Shown here: piece after piece, positions 18,086 to 26,826 of the stretch
Position numbering within the stretch: the stretch's first letter is position 1
Layout: each line of letters starts with the position of its first letter
Origin: Victivallales bacterium
Lineage (GTDB): Bacteria > Verrucomicrobiota > Lentisphaeria > Victivallales > UBA1829
Direction of reading: 5' to 3'
DNA length: 64,000 nt
NCBI GenBank assembly: GCA_045589595.1
Contig: JAZNPK010000002.1
Coordinates: forward strand, 76,395 to 140,394
Program-made: the position numbers and the translations under genes
Notes under the pieces: model-generated
What the model saw: the letters and a program-made list of their open reading frames with translations, nothing else
Database searches by the model: none
Told to the model about the DNA's origin: nothing

Positions 18086-19070
18086 CGGCTGCTTCCTTTC
18101 CGGCAGTGATCAGATGACACGCCGTAAGATGTCCATCGGTCCCCGTCAGCGGCGGGACCTGCTCCCGGCAGAGATCCGGCACTGCGGCACTGCATCTGTC
18201 GCAGAAACGGCATCCGGGCGGAAAATCGCAGGGAGACGGCACAATACCGGGAATGGTCTGAAGCTGTTTCTTTTTTTCGCCCAGTACCGGTACCGCGGCG
18301 AGAAGGGCTTTCGTATAGGGATGACGGGGAGACGCGATCAACTCATCCGCAGCGGCTTCTTCCACGATCCTTCCTGCATACATGACTTCCACGCGGTCTG
18401 CCAGTTCTGCCACGATCCCCAGATTGTGGGTCACCAGGATCACACTCATATTTCTTTCCCGCCGCAGTTTATCCAGCAATTCAAGGATCTGCGCCTGGAT
18501 CGTCACATCCAGCGCGGTTGTCGGTTCGTCCGCCACCAGAACGGACGGGCGGCTCGCCAGAGCCATGGCGATCATCACACGCTGCTGCATACCGCCGGAC
18601 ATTTCGTGGGGATACAGTCTGACACGCGCTTCCGGTTCGGGGATCCCCGCCTGACGGAGCAGTTCCACCGCTTCTGCAATGGGATCGGAAATATCCGGAC
18701 AATGCAGTTCGATCGCTTCTGCGATCTGGTCTCCGACACGCATCACCGGGTTCAGACACATGGACGGTTCCTGAAAAATATAGGCGATCTCTTTTCCGCG
18801 GATCTTCCGGAGCTGTTTCGGTGTGAGAGAAAGAAGATCGATCGGTCCCGCTTCCGTTTCCAGAATGATCTCGCCGCTGACGATCTTTGCCTGCGGCGGC
18901 AGAAGCCGGGCAAGAGAAAGACAACTTACGCTTTTTCCACAGCCGCTTTCGCCCACCAGCGACAGCAGTTCACCCCGTTCCAGATGAAACGAAACATCCG
19001 TAACGGTCGGTTGGCAGACGCCGTCCGTGTGAAATTCCACGCTCAGGTGTCTGACATCAAGCAGCGGCAT
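18072..19070 (-). CDS. Oligopeptide/dipeptide-type ABC transporter ATP-binding protein (DppD/OppD-like), orphan
   Basis: 332 aa. Walker A GESGCGKS, signature MSGGMQQRVMIA, Walker B LVADEPTTALD, and a C-terminal Cys-rich OppD/F extension (CDFPPGCRFCDRC). No permease or binding-protein gene lies nearby. Confidence 0.85.
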   Translation of the reverse strand: MPLLDVRHLSVEFHTDGVCQPTVTDVSFHLERGELLSLVGESGCGKSVSCLSLARLLPPQAKIVSGEIILETEAGPIDLLSLTPKQLRKIRGKEIAYIFQEPSMCLNPVMRVGDQIAEAIELHCPDISDPIAEAVELLRQAGIPEPEARVRLYPHEMSGGMQQRVMIAMALASRPSVLVADEPTTALDVTIQAQILELLDKLRRERNMSVILVTHNLGIVAELADRVEVMYAGRIVEEAAADELIASPRHPYTKALLAAVPVLGEKKKQLQTIPGIVPSPCDFPPGCRFCDRCSAAVPDLCREQVPPLTGTDGHLTACHLITAGKEAADGTD

Positions 19071-19164
19071 CGGGAAAGACCTTTCTCTGTTGGTTTCTGT
19101 TATATCAAGAGTAAATATACATCATACCGTCCCTGACTTCAAGCCCTGTCAAAAACGAAAATGA

Positions 19165-19210
19165 TGAAAAAACAGAAAACGGCTGCCGGGACTCCGGCAA
19201 CCGTTCTGTT
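19165..19210 (-). terminator. Rho-independent terminator of the nifU-like gene
   Basis: On the minus strand cagaacggttgccgg-agtc-ccggcagccgttttctg is followed by ttttttcatcatttt, about 22 nt after the stop at 19232. Confidence 0.7.
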
Positions 19211-19231
19211 GTGCAGATGAAACCTGAAGAA

Positions 19232-19450
19232 TCAGGCGCGTTCCACTGTGATTTCGGGATCGATTTCTTCCCGGAGGAGGCGTTCAATACCGTCTTTCAG
19301 TGTCATCTGTGCGTGGGGACATGTGCCGCAGGCACCCCGGAGTTTGAGCAGAACCTGTTTGCCTTCAATAGAAACGATTTCCAGGTCGCCGCCGTCTGCC
19401 TGCAGATAAGCACGGAGATCTTCGAGTTTAGCTCTGATCTTTTCTTCCAT
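19232..19450 (-). CDS. NifU C-terminal-domain (Nfu-like) Fe-S scaffold protein
   Basis: The track start at 19456 is a TTG. The ATG at 19450 (MEEKIRAKLEDL) has an aaagga RBS 9 nt upstream. The CxxC motif GACGTCPHA is present. Confidence 0.85.
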   Translation of the reverse strand: MEEKIRAKLEDLRAYLQADGGDLEIVSIEGKQVLLKLRGACGTCPHAQMTLKDGIERLLREEIDPEITVERA

Positions 19451-19543
19451 GATCAAATTTCCTTTCGTAAGTAAGTAGGTTTACAAAATTTCCAACATAA
19501 CATTGTAATCTATCACCGGAAATGATTTTTGCAATCTTATTTT

Positions 19544-20647
19544 TCAATATTGACGGAGAATTTCTGCAAGAGAACGGACAAGTGTGCAGACGCCGTCCCT
19601 GTCGTTGGCGGGCGAAAAGGAGATCCGCAGCGCGCAGAACGCAAGAGATGAAGGGATCCCCATCCATGTTAACGCTTCACTGGGACGGTCCGTTTCCGCA
19701 TCACAGGCACTGCCCGGAGATGTAATGATCCCTCTGCCCGATAACGCACGCGTCAGGATCGCCCCCTGATACCCCGGAAACAACAGATGGGTGATGTAGG
19801 GGCTGACCGGTACATTTTCTGCGATTGTCCTGCGGAAAACTCCCGGCAGCGTCCGTTCCAATTCAGCAAACAACAGATCTTTCAGTTCCTGCGCGGAGAA
19901 TGCACGCTGTTCCTGCAGGGAGACCCAGCTGCACAGAACTGCTGCCAGATGTTTTGCCAGAACGGGGGGGACTCGCCCCGTACTGTGCTGCTCCAGACGG
20001 AGTTTTTTCAATGCCGGCAGAAAAGTCTTCCGGCAGATCAATGCCGCACCGCTCAATGCGCCGAGCTTCTGTCCGGATAAGGTGAAAAAATCTGGTTGGA
20101 CCGCTGAAAAATCGAAGGGGATCTTTCCCGCACCCTGAATGGCATCCACCAGAAGCAGAGATTTTTTGCGGGCTGACAGGGATGGCATGTTCTGGATGAC
20201 TCCCGTCTCCGGTTGAACAAGATGCACTGCCGTCAGAACCGTATCCTCTGTGATGCAGCGATCAAAAGTTTCCTGCGCAATGACCCCGTTGCTGTCACAG
20301 GGAAATATCACCTGCCGGATGCCGCTGAGCCTTCGGACAGCAGCCCTGACGCAGGCGTGTTCCCCGCCGCTCAGTGCCGCTGTTCCGGTCCGGCACTGTG
20401 ACCCTGCCGCGGCAAAAGCTGCATTGACCGCATCGGTGCCGGTATGAGTGAAAAAGATGCCGTACTGCTCCCGCGTATGCCGGTCGGGACAGAGTGCGGT
20501 CAGGATATCTGATGCCGCCTGATCGATGATCTTCTGTGCGCCGCTGACGGGGTTTTCCTGATTGGCAATCTCAGCAGTCTGCAGATCCGTACAGTCCGGA
20601 AAGGAGAGCGGCTCCATTGCGGCTGCATGGTCGAAATACAGATTCAT
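19544..20647 (-). CDS. Class V aminotransferase / cysteine desulfurase-like protein (NifS/IscS family, divergent)
   Basis: 367 aa. The PLP-lysine region is LSGQKLGALSGAALI (usually SGHK). The C-terminal loop is SPGSACDAE (usually SSGSAC). Confidence 0.7.
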   Translation of the reverse strand: MNLYFDHAAAMEPLSFPDCTDLQTAEIANQENPVSGAQKIIDQAASDILTALCPDRHTREQYGIFFTHTGTDAVNAAFAAAGSQCRTGTAALSGGEHACVRAAVRRLSGIRQVIFPCDSNGVIAQETFDRCITEDTVLTAVHLVQPETGVIQNMPSLSARKKSLLLVDAIQGAGKIPFDFSAVQPDFFTLSGQKLGALSGAALICRKTFLPALKKLRLEQHSTGRVPPVLAKHLAAVLCSWVSLQEQRAFSAQELKDLLFAELERTLPGVFRRTIAENVPVSPYITHLLFPGYQGAILTRALSGRGIITSPGSACDAETDRPSEALTWMGIPSSLAFCALRISFSPANDRDGVCTLVRSLAEILRQY

Positions 20648-20653
20648 ACCGTT

Positions 20654-21517
20654 TTATTCGGTCTTTGTTTTTGTGTAGTCGATGGATGTTCCGCCGGGAA
20701 TGGTGAAATCTGATTCCGGCAGTTTGGGATCGATCAGCAGTTCCTGCGTGTGGAAAGCCTGTGTACTGACATTTTCGATGGTCACGACACTGACCATCGG
20801 CATCCGGACATTGTTGATCCAGCGGTAATCTCTGGATTCGGAGCGGTAGAGAAAATGGGCTCCGTCGGGCATACAGAGAACGGTTTCGATCCGGTCGGTC
20901 AGGAATGTTGTCGCATCGATGTATTTGACATAGGGCGGCAGTTCGGGATCTGCGGTACGGCAGACCATCCGGTAATACCGTTTGCCTTCTTCATAGACCA
21001 CCGCCAGTTCAACTGTTGAAAACAGCGTCTGTTCACTGGCTTTCGGATCTGCAAATCCAACGTAGTTGCGGAAAAGTTTCATGCCTTCTCCGGTATATTC
21101 CGTGGCTTTGCCTTTGTCGTTGATGATCCACCCCTTGTTGTCGCGGAACAGCAGCGTCTGGAACGGCATGCCGTCCTGATAGGATGTCTGACGCATCTGA
21201 GTCGGCTGACGGAACTTGATCTCGGTGGTGTAATAACGCTCGATCTTGGAAAATCCCTTCTTTTCCTCACTGACCGCTGACTGGCGGAGGATGTAGGATT
21301 TACAGTTGTACCAGACACCTTTCGGGTCTGTGGCTTCCCGCATCCTTGCGATGAGTTGGGAAACGCTCATATCGGCTTCCTCCTGCGGTTCGTTCAGACC
21401 CAGCAGCAGATCGTAGTCCTGAACCATAAAAGCACAGGAGTTCAGGCAGAGCAGAAGCGTAACAGCAGAGAGTGTCAGCAGGACTTTGCGGAACAGATGG
21501 AGGACAGTCTTGTTCAT
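20654..21517 (-). CDS. Hypothetical exported protein or lipoprotein
   Basis: 287 aa. Signal sequence ending in the lipobox-like LCLNSC, then a beta-rich mature part. It lies 6 nt upstream of the desulfurase-like gene. I recognise no family; a LolA-like fold is only a guess. Confidence 0.6.
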   Translation of the reverse strand: MNKTVLHLFRKVLLTLSAVTLLLCLNSCAFMVQDYDLLLGLNEPQEEADMSVSQLIARMREATDPKGVWYNCKSYILRQSAVSEEKKGFSKIERYYTTEIKFRQPTQMRQTSYQDGMPFQTLLFRDNKGWIINDKGKATEYTGEGMKLFRNYVGFADPKASEQTLFSTVELAVVYEEGKRYYRMVCRTADPELPPYVKYIDATTFLTDRIETVLCMPDGAHFLYRSESRDYRWINNVRMPMVSVVTIENVSTQAFHTQELLIDPKLPESDFTIPGGTSIDYTKTKTE

Positions 21518-21532
21518 AGGGGCACCCCGGCA

Positions 21533-22993
21533 TCAAACGTTGTAGTCGGTTGAAGTGATTTTGGTAGAGGAATCGTACCAGTCCGCATGGAAGAAATGTC
21601 CGCGCGGTTCATCGATACGTTCAAACATGTGGGCTCCGAAGTAGTCACGCAATGCCTGAATGATGTTCGCCGGAAGCCGCGCTGTACGGATCGCATCGTA
21701 ATACGCAACTGTGCTGGAGAAGGCGGGCAGGGCAATCCCGCTGCGGACCGCTTTCGCCACGGTGTCACGCCAGTCAAAGTTGGTGGAGGCGATGATGTTT
21801 TTGAAGTAGGGATCCAACAGCAGATTGTCCAGTTTGGGATTCGTTTCGTAGGCTTCCGCCACTTTTTCCAGAATGGCGGACCGCAGGATGCAGCCGCCCT
21901 GCCAGATACGGGCGACCATTTGAGGCTGGATCTTCCAACCGTATTCTTTCGAGGCTGCTGTGATCAGAGAGAAGCCCTGTGCCAGTACGCAGACTTTTGC
22001 CGCCATGAAAGCGCGCATCAGGGTGCGGATCTCTTCACGGAGAACAGGGGAGGGCGGGCGTACCGGGGGGACTGACGGCAGAACTTCAAATGCCGCCATC
22101 CGTTCTTCCTTGAGGTTGGAGATGATACGGGCAAAGACCGATTCCGCGATCGTCGGTGCAGGTACACTCAACTCAAAGGCGGCTTCACTGGTCCATTTGC
22201 CGGTCCCTTTCTGCCCCGCAGAGTCAAGAATGATGTCAACAAGATATCTGCCGGTGACACTGTCTTTCTTTTTCAGGATCTCCGCCGTAATACCGGTAAG
22301 ATAACTGTTCAGTTCATCAGTCTGGTTCCAGTGACGGAATACATCACTCATTTCGTCCGGCGTGAGGTGGAGCAGATCACGCATATAGGCGTAAGATTCG
22401 GCGATCATCTGCATTTCGGCGTATTCAATGCCGTTGTGGATCATCTTGACAAAATGTCCGGCACCATTGGCACCGACCCGAGCGCAACAGGGAGCGTCCG
22501 CTTTTGCAGAAATGGAACAAAGCATTTCCTGCAGATCGTTCCACGCCGTTTTGTCGCAGCCGAGCATGAGAGACGGTCCGTTCAATGCACCTTCCTCACC
22601 GCCGGATACACCCATACCCACATACCGCACACCAATGGATTCCAGTTCCTGACTGCGGCGGATCGTATCCTTGAAAAAGCTGTTGCCCGCATCAATGAGG
22701 ATATCGCCGGGTCTGAGGTGGGGACGGAGAGATTGAATGAACTCATCCACGCCGCTTCCGGCACGGATCATCATCAGGATCTTCCGGGGCGATTTGAGAA
22801 AACCGAGAAATTCCGGAATACTTCCCGTCGTATGAAAATTTTTGTCACTGCCGACACGGTCCATAAACTCATCCAGTTTACCCGTTGTCCGGTTGTACAG
22901 TGCTACCGTGTAGCCTTTGGATTCAAAATTCAATGCCAGATTGGCACCCATCACCGCAAGACCGGCGATCCCGATGTCTGCTTGACCTTTCAT
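21533..22993 (-). CDS. gnd: 6-phosphogluconate dehydrogenase, decarboxylating
   Basis: 486 aa. NAD(P)-binding IGIAGLAVMGANLALN, GMGVSGGEEGALNGPSLMLG and HFVKMIHNGIEYAEMQ. An RBS ggagga precedes the ATG. Confidence 0.95.
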   Translation of the reverse strand: MKGQADIGIAGLAVMGANLALNFESKGYTVALYNRTTGKLDEFMDRVGSDKNFHTTGSIPEFLGFLKSPRKILMMIRAGSGVDEFIQSLRPHLRPGDILIDAGNSFFKDTIRRSQELESIGVRYVGMGVSGGEEGALNGPSLMLGCDKTAWNDLQEMLCSISAKADAPCCARVGANGAGHFVKMIHNGIEYAEMQMIAESYAYMRDLLHLTPDEMSDVFRHWNQTDELNSYLTGITAEILKKKDSVTGRYLVDIILDSAGQKGTGKWTSEAAFELSVPAPTIAESVFARIISNLKEERMAAFEVLPSVPPVRPPSPVLREEIRTLMRAFMAAKVCVLAQGFSLITAASKEYGWKIQPQMVARIWQGGCILRSAILEKVAEAYETNPKLDNLLLDPYFKNIIASTNFDWRDTVAKAVRSGIALPAFSSTVAYYDAIRTARLPANIIQALRDYFGAHMFERIDEPRGHFFHADWYDSSTKITSTDYNV

Positions 22994-23117
22994 GCGCGGT
23001 TTCCTCCATCCTCGTTTCTTGAGTATAAAATATCATATCACACGGCAAATATAGCACACGCAGAAAAAAATGCAAGAGCATTTTCCCGGAAGAGTCCCAC
23101 GGAAAAGATAATTTTCT

Positions 23118-23348
23118 TTATCTGCCGCCGTTCTGAAGAAACGATCTGCCGCTGCGGGGCCGCCGGGGACGGTCGTGACGGACAGATGCCGTTTGCGGAT
23201 CATCCGTATGGTGATGTGGCTTCCGCTGTGTTTCCCTGCCGACTCTGGACGCATGTTTCAATTTCGCATGGAATACCCCAAGCATTTCCTGCATCTGTTC
23301 GTCGTCATCCGCATTCCAGCAATCCATTCCACTGTTCCGTTTTTTCAT
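23118..23348 (-). CDS. Hypothetical small basic protein (76 aa), low confidence
   Basis: An internal ATG of track ORF 23118..23552 is preceded by a strong gggagggag RBS 8 nt upstream. The product is MKKRNSGMDCWNADDDEQMQEMLGVFHAKLKH..., with a His/Arg/Pro-rich tail. No family recognised. It lies between element D and gnd. Confidence 0.3.
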   Translation of the reverse strand: MKKRNSGMDCWNADDDEQMQEMLGVFHAKLKHASRVGRETQRKPHHHTDDPQTASVRHDRPRRPRSGRSFLQNGGR

Positions 23349-23443
23349 TTCTTTTCTCCCTCCCGTGTTCGTAAGTTGACAGGTCCACAAAAAAACAGAC
23401 AGCACAGAAAAAACACAAGTTGCCGGATCATTGGAAAAATTGG

Positions 23444-23583
23444 AAAAAAACAGAAGCACGGCTCCAAAGGGCAGGGCGCGCCCGGCAGCGGGCGCAGACC
23501 TGCCCCTTTCCATCGGCGGACGCGGTCCGCCGATGTGCGCCGGCAGTTTCACCGCCGGCGCGGAGCCGTGCTTCTGTTTTTTT
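23444..23583. other. Compound inverted-repeat element D: perfect 22-bp A7/T7-flanked outer helix closing three hairpins; acts as the rubrerythrin terminator
   Basis: aaaaaaacagaagcacggctcc (23444-23465) is the exact reverse complement of ggagccgtgcttctgttttttt (23562-23583). Inner hairpins lie at 23466-23509, 23512-23534 and 23537-23561. Coordinates were codon-walked against ORF 23420... Confidence 0.75.
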
Positions 23584-23624
23584 ATGCGTACAGTCTGATG
23601 TGGCTGTTACGCTGGTGAGTGAAC

Positions 23625-24161
23625 TCAGTAATTTTTGGCTTCGAGTTCAAAATATGCTCTCGGGTGTTTGCAGACGGGGCAGAGTTCCGGAGCTTTTTCG
23701 CCGATGTAGATATGGCCGCAGTTACGGCATTCCCAGCGGTTTTCGCCGACGCGGACCCAGACTTCACCGTTTTCGATGTTCTGGACCAGTTTCAGGTAGC
23801 GTTCTTCGTGGCGTTTTTCGATTTCTGCAACGCGGGCAAAAGCGTTTGCCAGATCAATGAAACCTTCTTCTCTGGCGACTTCGGAGAAATTCTTGTACAT
23901 TTCTGTCCATTCTTCGTGTTCGCCGGCTGCTGCTGCTTTCAGGTTGTCGATGGTATCACCGATCCCGTTCAGGGCTTTGAACCAGAGTTTCGCGTGTTCT
24001 TTTTCGTTGTTGGCGGTCTGTTCAAAGATGGCGGCGATCTGTTCGTAGCCGTCTTTTTTGGCTTTGCTTGCAAAATAACTGTATTTGTTGCGAGCCTGAG
24101 ATTCACCTGCAAATGCATACCAGAGATTCTTTTCGGTCTGTGAGCCTTTCAATTCAGCCAT
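23625..24161 (-). CDS. rbr: Rubrerythrin
   Basis: 178 aa. Di-iron ferritin-like domain (EKNLWYAFAGESQARNKY, EKEHAKLW, EEWTEMY, EKRHEERY) and a C-terminal rubredoxin motif CRNCGHIY...CPVCKHP. Confidence 0.95.
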   Translation of the reverse strand: MAELKGSQTEKNLWYAFAGESQARNKYSYFASKAKKDGYEQIAAIFEQTANNEKEHAKLWFKALNGIGDTIDNLKAAAAGEHEEWTEMYKNFSEVAREEGFIDLANAFARVAEIEKRHEERYLKLVQNIENGEVWVRVGENRWECRNCGHIYIGEKAPELCPVCKHPRAYFELEAKNY

Positions 24162-24199
24162 GGTCGTATTCCTTTCTGTTGAGTGTTGATGGTCATTTC

Positions 24200-24227
24200 A
24201 CTATAGTACCGTTATCTCTTTTTTCAA
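24200..24227 (-). promoter_or_regulatory. Candidate sigma70 promoter of rubrerythrin
   Basis: On the minus strand TTGAAA (24227-24222), a 16-nt spacer, then TATAGT (24205-24200), about 39 nt upstream of the ATG at 24161. The adjacent inverted repeat aaaaatt-tgac-aattttt (~24238-24255) could be an operator. Confidence 0.45.
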
Positions 24228-24320
24228 GATTTTTTCATAAAAATTTGACAATTTTTCTTGATTTTTGTTGAGCAAAGGTTATTTTTCAATAGTCCCAAAC
24301 AATGAAAAACAGGCGGAATT

Positions 24321-24578
24321 ATGGCAAAGATCACCTTTACACCATCGGGCGTTTGTGCGCGTAGAATGGAATTTGAAATCGCTGACGACGGCATTGTTAC
24401 CGATGTCAAAGTCATTGGCGGCTGTCCCGGCAATGCTCTCGGGATTGCGCATCTTGCGGAAGGCAGACCGGCAGCTGAACTTGTAAAACTGCTGCAGGGG
24501 ATCCGTTGCGGCAACAAGTCCACCAGTTGTCCGGATCAGTTGGCGCAAGCCATTGCCGCCCACATTCCTGAAGCCTGA
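24321..24578 (+). CDS. TSCPD-domain small protein (TIGR03905-like 4-Cys family)
   Basis: 85 aa. GGCPGN, RCGNKSTSCPDQLA. Confidence 0.75.
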   Translation: MAKITFTPSGVCARRMEFEIADDGIVTDVKVIGGCPGNALGIAHLAEGRPAAELVKLLQGIRCGNKSTSCPDQLAQAIAAHIPEA

Positions 24579-24591
24579 AAACGGATTTCTC

Positions 24592-24921
24592 ATGGATTGT
24601 CAGGATTGGCTCAAACGTTCGGTCCTCCGTCTTGTGGGGGAATTGCCGGAACAGGAATATGCTGCGTTGGATGAGCATCTCAAATCCTGTCCATCTTGTG
24701 CTGCCCGCTGGGAGGAAATGAACCGTGACTGGCAGGCACTCGGTACTTATGACGGCTCTGCTGAACTGGAACAGTTCCGTACGAAACACCGGAAAAAATT
24801 TATCATTCATCTTATCCTCGCACTGATAGTGGGGCTTGTCCTTGTATTTATGCTGATCCGTTACAATGCGTCCGCTCAGACTGAAAAGGAACCGGTCACA
24901 ACGGAGGCACCCCGGAAATGA
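24592..24921 (+). CDS. Membrane-anchored zf-HC2 anti-sigma-factor-like protein
   Basis: Track ORF 24553..24921; start MDCQDWLKRS at 24592. The HxxxCxxC motif is EHLKSCPSCAARW, with a single TM helix FIIHLILALIVGLVLVFMLI. The stop overlaps the ispD start as ATGA. No sigma-factor gene is adjacent. Confidence 0.6.
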   Translation: MDCQDWLKRSVLRLVGELPEQEYAALDEHLKSCPSCAARWEEMNRDWQALGTYDGSAELEQFRTKHRKKFIIHLILALIVGLVLVFMLIRYNASAQTEKEPVTTEAPRK

Positions 24922-25628
24922 TCCTTCACGATTTTGCGCTTCTGCTGCCCGGCGGCGGGTCATCCAGTCGATTCGGGAACGGCAACAAACTGCTCCGGAT
25001 GCTGGATGATCTCCCGGTCTTTCTCCATGCGGTCCGGACTCTGGGACATCTTTTTCCGCCCGGACGCATTCTCATGGCTGTCCCCCACGATCAGATCCCG
25101 GTCTTTGAACAACATGCAAAACAATTCCTGCCCGAGATCTCCATCCGTTTTATTTCCGGCGGCAACTGCCGTGCTGAATCGGTTCATAAACTCACCATCG
25201 CCGCCGGTGATGATGTGACTTTCGTGGCGATCCATGATGCTGCCCGACCATTGATCGGTGAAGAAGAATTTCTCGCGTGCGCGGAGGCGTGCAGATCAAC
25301 AGGGGCTGCCCTGCTGTGTCATCAGGTCACCGATACGATCAAGATGGGAAATGACAGCGCTGTCGTTGCTACTGTTCCCAGAGAAGATCTTTTCGCCGCA
25401 GAAACACCCCAGATGTTTGAACGGACAAATTTCCTTGATGCTCTGTCGCAAGCCGCCGAAGAACATTACTGCGGCTGTACGGATGATTCCTGTATTCTGG
25501 AACAGTATTCGACCCGGACCGTCCGTATCGTGGAAAATACCGGACCGAATCCGAAAGTGACCCGCAGCGCGGATCTCGCATTCTGTCAGACCCTTCTTAA
25601 TATAAAAAAATCACAGACCGGGACTTGA
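24918..25628 (+). CDS. ispD: 2-C-methyl-D-erythritol 4-phosphate cytidylyltransferase
   Basis: 236 aa. LLLPGGGSSSRFG, VAIHDAARPL, ETPQMFE. Confidence 0.85.
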   Translation: MILHDFALLLPGGGSSSRFGNGNKLLRMLDDLPVFLHAVRTLGHLFPPGRILMAVPHDQIPVFEQHAKQFLPEISIRFISGGNCRAESVHKLTIAAGDDVTFVAIHDAARPLIGEEEFLACAEACRSTGAALLCHQVTDTIKMGNDSAVVATVPREDLFAAETPQMFERTNFLDALSQAAEEHYCGCTDDSCILEQYSTRTVRIVENTGPNPKVTRSADLAFCQTLLNIKKSQTGT

Positions 25629-25709
25629 AAATCCGTTTTCAGCGTATATCTTATGTCAACATATCTATAACAGAATTTCTGAAAATACAACCGAAAGGAG
25701 AAAACAATT

Positions 25710-26810
25710 ATGTCCGAACAGAAAATCGTCGCCGGTTTCGGCGAAGTCATGCTCCGCCTCGCTCCGGCTGGAAAACTGCGTTTCAGCCAGATCCTTCCCG
25801 GAACCCTGGAAGCCACTTACGGCGGCGGAGAAGCCAATGTCTGTGCCTCCATTGCCATTATGGGCGGAAAATCCCGTTACCTGACTGCTCTGCCGAAAAA
25901 TATTCTCTCTGCTTCCTTCGCCGCAGAACAGCGCGGATTCGGGACCGATGTGGAACGCATCCGCTATGCCGATAAAGGCAGAATGGGCGTCTATTACGCG
26001 GAACAGGGTGCCGCTCAGCGCGGTTCCAATGTGACGTACGACCGGGAATTCAGCACCATTTCCATGCTCGCTCCGGAAGAATATGATTTTGATTATATGC
26101 TGGATGGCGTCAGTCATCTTCATGTGACGGGTATCACGCCGGCTTTGAGCGAAAATGCCTACCTTTCCACCCTCGCCATCGTGAAGAAGGCATCCGAAAA
26201 AGGCATCCGTGTTTCCTGTGACTTGAACTTCCGGAAAAAACTCTGGAAGTGGGGCGGCGTTCCCGCGAAAGAACTTGCATGCCGCTGTATGAAAGAAATC
26301 GTTGCTTACGCCGATGTCATCATCGGAAATGAAGCCGATGCCTCCGATGTGTTCGGTATCGCTTCCGAAGGCAGCAGCGTGGAAGACGGTAAAATCAATA
26401 TCAAGGGCTATGGCGAAGTCGCACGCAAACTTTGCGCCGCATTCCCCAAGGCATCCCTCGTGGCGATCACGCTCCGCGAAAGCTATTCTGCCGACCACAA
26501 CAACTGGGGCGGTATGCTCTACGAAAAAGCAACCGATACAGAATTTTTCGCCCCCCTCGCAGCCGATGGCACCTATAAGCCTTACGAGATCAAAAATATC
26601 GTGGACCGTATCGGCGGCGGCGATTCCTTCAGCGCAGGTCTGATCTTTGCCCTCGTTTCCGATGAGTTCAACAAGCCCGCTGACGCCATCCGCTACGCTG
26701 TCGCAGCAAGCTGTCTGAAACATTCCATCCACGGCGATTACAACCATACGACCAAGGATGAAGTCATCAGCCTCATGAACGGAAATACCTCCGGTCGCGT
26801 GAAACGCTGA
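25710..26810 (+). CDS. kdgK: PfkB-family sugar kinase, 2-dehydro-3-deoxygluconokinase-like
   Basis: 366 aa; RBS aaaggag. FGEVMLRLAP, GGGEANV, DRIGGGDSFSAGLIFAL. Confidence 0.75.
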   Translation: MSEQKIVAGFGEVMLRLAPAGKLRFSQILPGTLEATYGGGEANVCASIAIMGGKSRYLTALPKNILSASFAAEQRGFGTDVERIRYADKGRMGVYYAEQGAAQRGSNVTYDREFSTISMLAPEEYDFDYMLDGVSHLHVTGITPALSENAYLSTLAIVKKASEKGIRVSCDLNFRKKLWKWGGVPAKELACRCMKEIVAYADVIIGNEADASDVFGIASEGSSVEDGKINIKGYGEVARKLCAAFPKASLVAITLRESYSADHNNWGGMLYEKATDTEFFAPLAADGTYKPYEIKNIVDRIGGGDSFSAGLIFALVSDEFNKPADAIRYAVAASCLKHSIHGDYNHTTKDEVISLMNGNTSGRVKR

Positions 26811-26826
26811 TCCGAAAATAATACAG

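Noticed and set aside
23175-23860. Plus-strand ORFs 23175..23618 and 23420..23860 crossing element D and the rubrerythrin 3' end.
   Set aside because: They read through a perfect 22-bp terminator helix and GC hairpins, giving Arg/Pro/Ala-rich low-complexity products. They are antisense to rubrerythrin and have no start context.
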